Virus record (IMG/VR): IMGVR_UViG_3300020294_000025
Coordinates: 1 to 27,488 of that record
Source of the DNA: a virus
Taxonomy: Duplodnaviria > Caudoviricetes
Strand: one strand, 5' to 3'
DNA length: 27,488 nt
Positions 27,033-27,488 of the stretch are shown here, one piece after another (position 1 is the stretch's first letter; the number at the start of each line of letters is the position of its first letter). A model generated the notes under the pieces. The model was not told the DNA's origin. It saw only the letters and a program-made list of their open reading frames with translations, and searched no databases. The translations under genes were made by a program, and so were the position numbers.

Positions 27033-27394
27033 TAGAAACTATACTTAGCTCCAGCTTTAACGTTGTACTTATTATCTTCATCTCCATTTGTAATACCTTT
27101 GAACTCACCGTATAAAGCTAACTTGTCAGTAGTTTTATGCTTAAGTCCAATCTTACCAGAGATCTCAGTCTCACTACCGTCAACGTCAGCTACTGCTAGA
27201 ACTGTTGGACCACCTTGTATATAGAAAGTAGTTTTCTCTTCACTTCCAGTGTAACCAACGTGGAAATCAATAGCTCTTTTAGAATAGTCAGAACCTGTGT
27301 AACCCTGATTCAATTCTGTGTTAACGTATACGCCAGCGAATGCAGGTGCAGACGCAAATGATGTTGCTGCGAGAGCAAGTGCAAGTTTTTTCAT
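27032..27394 (-). CDS. Small outer-membrane beta-barrel-like protein
   Basis: Signal peptide ...APAFA/G, alternating amphipathic strands, C-terminal beta-signal KAGAKYSF. Confidence 0.8.
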   Translation of the reverse strand: MKKLALALAATSFASAPAFAGVYVNTELNQGYTGSDYSKRAIDFHVGYTGSEEKTTFYIQGGPTVLAVADVDGSETEISGKIGLKHKTTDKLALYGEFKGITNGDEDNKYNVKAGAKYSF

Positions 27395-27398
27395 TTAA

Positions 27399-27455
27399 TT
27401 AAGATTTGATTGTTTTTGTGTAAGATACACCACGATACTTTAGTTTTACAGTCAT
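27399..27455 (-). CDS. 18-aa 'downstream peptide' (DUF4278-like, YRG motif)
   Basis: MTVKLKYRGVSYTKTIKS; L.YRGV.Y is the family signature. Stop lies 4 nt before the OMP start. Confidence 0.8.
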   Translation of the reverse strand: MTVKLKYRGVSYTKTIKS

Positions 27456-27469
27456 TGTAATTCTTTAGT

Positions 27470-27488
27470 ACCTAAGCCCCGTTCCATG
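27470..27488 (-). ncRNA. 3' part of Downstream-peptide RNA (glutamine-II riboswitch), truncated by window edge
   Basis: CATGGAACGGGG-CTTAGG just upstream of a YRG peptide ORF, matching the motif's GGAACG pseudoknot loop and 3' stem strand as recalled. Confidence 0.7.

Overview
AT-rich, gene-dense segment of a T7-like marine cyanopodovirus (Autographiviridae-like; P-SSP7/Prochlorococcus-phage-like by gene order and by cyanobacteria-specific elements). All supported genes are on the minus strand. In transcription order: 3' half of a probable Downstream-peptide (glutamine-II) riboswitch, 18-aa DUF4278-like peptide, OMP-like protein, two small ORFs, structured leader, major capsid, T-phi-like terminator, tail tubular A/B, internal virion proteins gp13-16, tail fiber plus three tail-tip genes, a cluster of membrane/secreted proteins, TerS, two HNH-like genes, TerL, and a non-coding probable genome-end region. 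Most notable: a phased array of four cyanobacterial LexA-box-like palindromes at the probable genome end; an ADP-ribosyltransferase-like domain inside gp16; a riboswitch-peptide unit upstream of the capsid gene; a ~120-codon dual-coding overlap; a frameshifted holin-like gene; and candidate structured RNAs after terL and before the capsid gene. All family calls come from motif recognition by eye; no searches were run.
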